Assembly (NCBI GenBank): GCA_029861865.1
Contig: JAOTYL010000003.1
Location: 234,695 to 298,694 of the forward strand
Direction: 5' to 3'
DNA: 64,000 bases
From: Myxococcales bacterium
Lineage (GTDB): Bacteria > Myxococcota_A > Polyangia > Polyangiales > Houyiibacteriaceae
The position numbers and the translations under genes were made by a program. Below are positions 58,866 through 64,000 of this stretch, piece by piece; positions within the stretch are counted from its first letter, which is position 1, and every line of letters begins with the position of its first letter. Under the pieces are notes generated by a model. The model did not search any database, was not told where the DNA came from, and saw only the letters and a list, made by a program, of their open reading frames with translations.

Positions 58866-59453
58866 CTAGATCCCGTTTCCCGTCAGCACGTACTCAACCG
58901 TGCAGGGGAGCGCGAGGAAGGGGCCGCCTAAGGCGACGACGGCGGGGCCGCAGTCCGAACCCGTCAGAGGTGTGATGTCGGTGCGCTGCGATCCGGTGAG
59001 CTTCACTAGGGTGGGGTCGATCGCCGCTGCTCCACCGTCAGCCTCTTCCATGTCAACCCCCGCGTCTGCCGCCAGATCGACCTCGGGCTCTTCGATGATG
59101 AACGTGAAGATGTCACGCTGGGTGACCGAGCAGCCAACGTATCCGCGGAACTGATCGGGCTCGATGACCGACCAGCTCTGACTCACTTGGAACCTGTATT
59201 CGCCGTTCGACCCCGTGCCGGCGAAGGCGGTGCCGGTCGGCTGGCGGTAATAGGCGCGGCCGTTTTCCTCGAGCCGGAGCTCGAACGAGAGGTCCAGCGG
59301 GTCTCGTGCAGGAACCGCCGCACCACAGCTCTGCTCGACCATCACCCCGACCGCCTCGAACTCACCGACGACCTGGCCAGGAAGCTCATCGTCGCCCTGT
59401 TGAGGCCAGCAGCCAAGCGCAAGCAAGACCAGGGAAAGCAGCATGCACCGCAT
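58866..59453 (-). CDS. hypothetical lipoprotein
   Basis: Lipobox MRCMLLSLVLLALGC. No family recognised. It lies downstream of tonB on the same strand. Confidence 0.5.
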   Translation of the reverse strand: MRCMLLSLVLLALGCWPQQGDDELPGQVVGEFEAVGVMVEQSCGAAVPARDPLDLSFELRLEENGRAYYRQPTGTAFAGTGSNGEYRFQVSQSWSVIEPDQFRGYVGCSVTQRDIFTFIIEEPEVDLAADAGVDMEEADGGAAAIDPTLVKLTGSQRTDITPLTGSDCGPAVVALGGPFLALPCTVEYVLTGNGI

Positions 59454-59515
59454 ACCTGAAGACCTACCGTCGGCCACTCCAGCCGGTCAAAGAAAGTGCC
59501 GAACCCCCTAGCCGA

Positions 59516-60331
59516 TCAGTAGCGAATCTCGAAGCCGCAGCGGTAGGTGACGCGGGTGCTCACCGGCTTGCCGCTTTCGTCGAGCGGGGGTTGCCAGGCC
59601 TCGCCCCGGAGCGCCTTCACACAGGCATCGCCGAACTCGTATCCCTTTGGATCCTCGAAGGTCACGCGAATCCGACTGGGCAATCCATCCGGGCCGATCT
59701 GCAGGCGGGTCGCCGCGGCGCCCTCGACCCCCTCGGCACGGGCCTTTTTGGGGTAGAGTCGTTCGAGCTTTCGCTTCAAAGGTGGCGGAATCGGACGTCT
59801 CGAGAGGTCGCCTACATCGACGACGACCCCGGTTCCGGTGCCTCCGATGACCCCCCCGACGATGCCGCTTCTGCTCTGTCCCGTGACGGCGGCGTTTGGG
59901 CTGCCGATCGGGCCTTCGACACTCTTGCCCGAGGCTTGCTCGATCGCCCACGAGGATTCACCGTCGCCCTCGTTGGTCAGAACCACATTGTCGAAGGCGA
60001 CCGGCGTCTCCCGTGCTGCCGCTGGGGGCTCTTCGGGAGCAGTGGGCGGCTCTTTCGGGGCTTTGAAGGTCTTGGCCTTCGGCGGCGGTTTCACTTCTTT
60101 CGGCTCCTCGGGCTTGGCCGGTGGCTCGGCCTCGTCGGGCTCGGGCTCTTCGACTTTCTCCTCGACGAACGACACATCGACGATATCGCTCGGCACGATG
60201 ATTCCCGAGCTCGCCGGCGGGTTGGGCATGCCCCCGATCAGCGCTGCGTGCGTGAGGACGGCCAGGACCACCCATGTTGCTTCCAAGGCCCAATGGGTGG
60301 CGCTGTCGAACCGTGTCGCCATCGCGGTCAT
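59516..60331 (-). CDS. tonB: energy transducer TonB
   Basis: N-terminal TM anchor, a Pro/Glu/Lys-rich spacer EPEPDEAEPPAKPEEPKEVKPPPKAK, and a C-terminal TonB domain YPKKARAEGVEGAAATRLQIGPDG... Confidence 0.8.
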   Translation of the reverse strand: MTAMATRFDSATHWALEATWVVLAVLTHAALIGGMPNPPASSGIIVPSDIVDVSFVEEKVEEPEPDEAEPPAKPEEPKEVKPPPKAKTFKAPKEPPTAPEEPPAAARETPVAFDNVVLTNEGDGESSWAIEQASGKSVEGPIGSPNAAVTGQSRSGIVGGVIGGTGTGVVVDVGDLSRRPIPPPLKRKLERLYPKKARAEGVEGAAATRLQIGPDGLPSRIRVTFEDPKGYEFGDACVKALRGEAWQPPLDESGKPVSTRVTYRCGFEIRY

Positions 60332-60343
60332 CGAGCCCCGGTT

Positions 60344-60763
60344 CTAGCGTCCGATCTCCTCGGGCCGCACATTGATCGCGAACTTGGTGACCCGTTCCTG
60401 ACGCAAGATATCGATGACTTGGACGACCTTGGCGTATGCGATTCGACCATCGGCAGCGATCACCGCACGCAGGTCCTCGTTGGTCTCTCGGGCCGCCCGG
60501 ACGCGCGCTCTGAGCTCTTCGGCGTTGACGGGGATCGTATCCAAGAAGACCTGCCCGCCTTGATCGATCGACACCGCCAACGTCGAGGGCGTCTGCTCGC
60601 CGGTTGCGGCTTTGGGGAGCTCCATCGGGATGGTCTTCGAGACGATGGCCGTCGCGGTGACCATCAGAATGATCAGCAACACCAACACGACGTCGACCAA
60701 TGGCGTGACGTTGATGTCGGTGATCAGGTCGTCGTCTTCTCCCGGTCGAGCACTGCCAGCCAT
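60344..60763 (-). CDS. exbD: biopolymer transport protein ExbD/TolR
   Basis: DINVTPLVDVVLVLLIILMV and the periplasmic domain pattern. Confidence 0.88.
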   Translation of the reverse strand: MAGSARPGEDDDLITDINVTPLVDVVLVLLIILMVTATAIVSKTIPMELPKAATGEQTPSTLAVSIDQGGQVFLDTIPVNAEELRARVRAARETNEDLRAVIAADGRIAYAKVVQVIDILRQERVTKFAINVRPEEIGR

Positions 60764-60765
60764 GC

Positions 60766-61410
60766 TCAGCCTTTCTCCTTGTGTGCCATCCCCTTGAGGT
60801 AAGCGAGAAGGTCGCGGCCGAGCGCATCGGCCCAGGTCAGCCGGTACCGAATGAGTCGCTGAAAGAAGTTGAAAAAAGCAACCGCCGGAAGAGCGACGAG
60901 TAGACCGATTGCGGTCGCCACCAATGCCTCGCCGACCTCGGCCATCAGTCCGCTCGTCACCTTGCCGGCGCTTTGGTCGAGCGCGTGGAAGGCGCGGATG
61001 ACGCCGATGACCGTCCCGAGCAGGCCGACGAACGGGGCGTTGTTACCGACGGTGCCGAGGAATCCGAGGTTGCGTTCCATCTGCGTGCGGGCGATCGAGG
61101 TAGCGCCCGCCAGGCGCTCGGCTACCGCATCGGGGCCGTCGTCGGCGACTTCGATGCCCGAGTACACGATCCTGGCCTGAAACGACTTCGACTGGGAGAG
61201 TCGCTCACGAACCCCCGCAACATCGTTCTTGGCGAGCAGGAGCCGGAGGTCCTCTTGAAGCTTTCGTACGTCCTCGCGGGAGGAAAAAAAGTAATAGACG
61301 CGCTCGAATATGATCGCCACGCCGATGATGGAAAGAAAGATCAGAAGCCACATAACCCACGTCGCGCCGAGCATGGCGAAGGCTGTGAGTCGTTCCTGAA
61401 TGTCGATCAT
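60766..61410 (-). CDS. exbB: MotA/TolQ/ExbB proton channel protein
   Basis: LGTVGNNAPFVGLLGTVIGVIRAF and three TM helices. Confidence 0.88.
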   Translation of the reverse strand: MIDIQERLTAFAMLGATWVMWLLIFLSIIGVAIIFERVYYFFSSREDVRKLQEDLRLLLAKNDVAGVRERLSQSKSFQARIVYSGIEVADDGPDAVAERLAGATSIARTQMERNLGFLGTVGNNAPFVGLLGTVIGVIRAFHALDQSAGKVTSGLMAEVGEALVATAIGLLVALPAVAFFNFFQRLIRYRLTWADALGRDLLAYLKGMAHKEKG

Positions 61411-61437
61411 AGGTTTCCTTGCTTGGGAGGGCGCTTC

Positions 61438-62502
61438 TTAGCTGGTCCTGGGCGCTGACGCATCCTGCTTGCGAATCTCGCGCAAGAGTATGGTGGCATA
61501 GGCGCCGGCGGGTAGGGTGAAATCGAGCTCCACCGTATTGTCAATCACAGACACGGCCGTTTTGGGCAGTGAAACGCGGACGAATCTTCTCGTGCCGGGA
61601 GCGATGCGTTTCCACTTCAGCAGGTGATCGGGGGTTAATTCGACGCTGCGGAGGAGCGCTTCTTCGCGCAAGCGGGCCTCGCCTTCAGGCCAGCGCATCT
61701 TCGCGCCGAAGATCGGACCGGTCGGGCTGATCTCCCATCGGTCGGCGCGCGCTCGCGCTTCCTCGAGGTCGTCCTGCACGGCGAACAGTCCGCCTGTGTC
61801 GTGGCGCTTCATGAGATCGCCTCGATAGACGCGGCCGAGGGCTGCGTCGGTCACGCGCTCCGCGACGCATCGGTTGAAGAGCTCGGATTGGAGGGCCGAC
61901 ATCTCCAGCTTTCGGTTGAACGCTTTGCGGGGTGGACGGCTCTTGCCGAGCACCCAGCGAAGGGCACGATCGGCGTTGTCGCCGCCACGACCAAATCGTT
62001 GCTCTCCATAATAGTTGGGCAGACCCAATGACTCGATCCGATTCAACACTTCTCGAAGCCGTTCGATGCCCGACAGGTCGACTTTGCGAAGTCGGATCCG
62101 GAAACGGTTGGCCCGAAGATGACCCGTTCTAAGCTTGTGGGGGTGTCGGGCGGCTTCGAGCACGCGAAGGCCTTCGAACTCGAGCTCCCGCAATCGTTCG
62201 GGCGCCACTCCAAAGAGGCTGACCCATTGACGGGTAACCGCGTGACGGTCCTTGAGCCCCGCCCAGCCGGCCTGGGCTAGGTCTGCGCCAACCGCCTCGC
62301 AGATCCGGCGCAGCGCTTCGCGGGTCGTCAGCTCACGCTTTTCGATGAACGCGAGGACATGGTCGCCGGTGCCCGAAGGAGTATACGCCGGCACCTCCTC
62401 GACTTCGAAGTCCTCTGGCGACGCGCGAAGAACGGCGTCGATCGGGGCAATATCGGAGGTGAGAAAAGGAAGCTTGGTCACGTTCGGGTTCCTGTAGACC
62501 AT
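61438..62502 (-). CDS. truD: tRNA pseudouridine(13) synthase
   Basis: FEVEEVPAY...GTGDHVLAFIEK and GLKDRHAVTRQW (catalytic Asp). Confidence 0.9.
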   Translation of the reverse strand: MVYRNPNVTKLPFLTSDIAPIDAVLRASPEDFEVEEVPAYTPSGTGDHVLAFIEKRELTTREALRRICEAVGADLAQAGWAGLKDRHAVTRQWVSLFGVAPERLRELEFEGLRVLEAARHPHKLRTGHLRANRFRIRLRKVDLSGIERLREVLNRIESLGLPNYYGEQRFGRGGDNADRALRWVLGKSRPPRKAFNRKLEMSALQSELFNRCVAERVTDAALGRVYRGDLMKRHDTGGLFAVQDDLEEARARADRWEISPTGPIFGAKMRWPEGEARLREEALLRSVELTPDHLLKWKRIAPGTRRFVRVSLPKTAVSVIDNTVELDFTLPAGAYATILLREIRKQDASAPRTS

Positions 62503-62547
62503 CGACTCGCGATTGGGTAGACACCCGGTGTGGGGGATGATGTGTCG

Positions 62548-63636
62548 ATGCGCATCAAGCGCACGCTTCGCGAGCAGCTAAAAGAGGGTTGTTCGGAAGG
62601 GGTTTTTCCGGGTGCGAGTGCGTGTGTAGGCCGATGGTGCGATGGGGTTTGGATCTACGCCGACTTCTGCTCGGGCCTGCTTGGCGAAGGCCTCGGCCCA
62701 GTCACGAATGATGCGGTCTACGATCTTGCCTCGTTGACCAAGCCCTGGGTGGCGACTGCTGCCCTTCGGCTTCATCAGTTTGGGGTTTTCGCACTCGACG
62801 AAGGAGTGGCGTCCCTCGTTGCCGAGGCTGAGGGCTTGCCTATCGGTGACCGCACTTGGGAAGAGGTGCTGACTCATCGTGCAGGCCTCGCGGCATGGGT
62901 CCCATTCTACGAGACGCTTCCCCACCAACCCGGATCTGACGAAGCGCGCGCTTGGATCCTAGCGGAGCTCCTACAGCACTGGGATCGAGAGAGTGTCGGC
63001 AGTCCTGTCTACAGCGACCTTGGCTACATCCTCGCCGGGATCGCGCTCGAACGAGCGACAGGCGCACCGCTCCAAGACCTGGTGATGCTCGAAGTGGCTG
63101 CGCCGCTTGGCCTCGAGGCTGAGGTATTTTTCGCGACTGCTCGTGACGACCAGGGCTGGAAGGCCCGATGCGCACCAACCGGTTGGTCGGTCTGGCGCGC
63201 GCGTGATCTCCGCGGCGAGGTCCACGATGACAATTGCGCGGCACTCGGTGGCGTGGCGGGGCATGCGGGGATGTTTGGGTCCGCGCGCGCGGTGGCGCGG
63301 TTTGGGGCGGCCCAGATCGGCGCTCACCGGGGCCGACTGGGATCGATGGCCGAGGAGCGCGTCCGCTATGCCACCGCGGAACGCCCGGGCGGCGTTCAAC
63401 GCCTCGGATGGGACGGAAAAGCAGACCAGGAGAGCGCGGCGGGCGATTCGATCGACGCCGCCGCGTTTGGGCACCTCGGGTTCACCGGAACCTCGATCTG
63501 GTGCGATCCCCGCCGGCAGCTGGTCACCGTCCTCCTCACGAACCGCGTCGCAGTCTCCGATGACAACGCCGCGATACGCAGGTTTCGCCCCGCCTTTCAA
63601 GACGCGGTGATCCAAGCCTTCGACGGCGGCCTCTAG
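62548..63636 (+). CDS. serine hydrolase, beta-lactamase (class C/PBP4*) family
   Basis: S-x-x-K motif YDLASLTKPW, plus YSDLGY and HLGFTGTS. The ORF is open from GTG 62530. Confidence 0.75.
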   Translation: MRIKRTLREQLKEGCSEGVFPGASACVGRWCDGVWIYADFCSGLLGEGLGPVTNDAVYDLASLTKPWVATAALRLHQFGVFALDEGVASLVAEAEGLPIGDRTWEEVLTHRAGLAAWVPFYETLPHQPGSDEARAWILAELLQHWDRESVGSPVYSDLGYILAGIALERATGAPLQDLVMLEVAAPLGLEAEVFFATARDDQGWKARCAPTGWSVWRARDLRGEVHDDNCAALGGVAGHAGMFGSARAVARFGAAQIGAHRGRLGSMAEERVRYATAERPGGVQRLGWDGKADQESAAGDSIDAAAFGHLGFTGTSIWCDPRRQLVTVLLTNRVAVSDDNAAIRRFRPAFQDAVIQAFDGGL

Positions 63637-64000
63637 ACGAGAGCGCGCAGCCGCTCGAGCAGCTTCGAGTTGGTCTCGTAGGTCAACGCGTTGCGGGCCG
63701 CGCGCGCCATGGCTTTCGGGTCGCCGACGAGGACGACGAGCTCTTTGGCTCGGGTGAGCGCGGTGTAGAGGAGCGCGCGGTTCAGGAGCACGAAGTGCGC
63801 GCTGTGCAGCACGATGACCGCGGCCGGGAACTCGCTCCCTTGGACCTTGTGCACGGTGCAGGCATACGCGAGTGTGATGGCGTCGAGCTCGTCGGCCTTG
63901 TACTGCACCTCGCGGCCATCGAAGAAGACGTATGTGATGCCCCCTTCGATCCGTTTCACCTCGCCGAGGTCGCCGTTGTAGACTTCTTTGTCATAGTCGT
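63633..64000 (-). CDS. RecD2-like SF1 DNA helicase, C-terminal fragment
   Basis: The ORF runs off the right window edge. Helicase motifs V/VI: LAYACTVHKVQGSEFPAAVIVL...LLYTALTRAKELVVLVGD. Confidence 0.75.
   Translation of the reverse strand, partial: DYDKEVYNGDLGEVKRIEGGITYVFFDGREVQYKADELDAITLAYACTVHKVQGSEFPAAVIVLHSAHFVLLNRALLYTALTRAKELVVLVGDPKAMARAARNALTYETNSKLLERLRALV

Overview
High-GC (roughly 65%) bacterial chromosomal segment. The gene content suggests a Myxococcota or deltaproteobacteria-like organism: several Hanks-type Ser/Thr kinases, a FrzS-like pseudo-receiver coiled-coil protein, a TatT-type TRAP accessory protein, PhaR and an ECF/ZAS pair. I call about 60 protein genes and one tRNA-Cys. 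Most of the window is core housekeeping. This includes mutL-miaA, mutS2, lgt, eno, ybeY, an HU-like gene and a complete rimP-nusA-ylxR-infB-DUF503-rbfA-nrnA-truB operon. It also includes acnA, tatA, lexA, crcB, acs, glnB-like PII, psd, exbB-exbD-tonB and truD. I saw no transposase, integrase, phage gene, CRISPR array or recognisable defence or toxin-antitoxin genes, and I cannot point to a clear-cut novel multi-gene system. The observations most worth follow-up are listed here. (1) A four-gene lipid-carrier glycosylation-like module built around a DUF2723/TMEM260-type GT-C protein (365-4558). (2) A MutL whose endonuclease motifs look degenerate, next to a kinase-mutS2 coupled pair. (3) An intact biotin-carboxylase homologue lacking the ATP-grasp lid and catalytic residues. 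(4) A strong intrinsic-terminator hairpin in the rimP-nusA leader. (5) A lexA locus with a candidate Myxococcus-type SOS box and an uncharacterised upstream gene. (6) psd overlapping a long methyltransferase. (7) A 322-bp convergent intergenic region with a nested, strand-biased helix architecture (58650-58812). All family assignments come from motif recognition by eye, not from searches. Start codons are often uncertain because GTG/TTG starts and N-terminal extensions are common in this GC-rich sequence.
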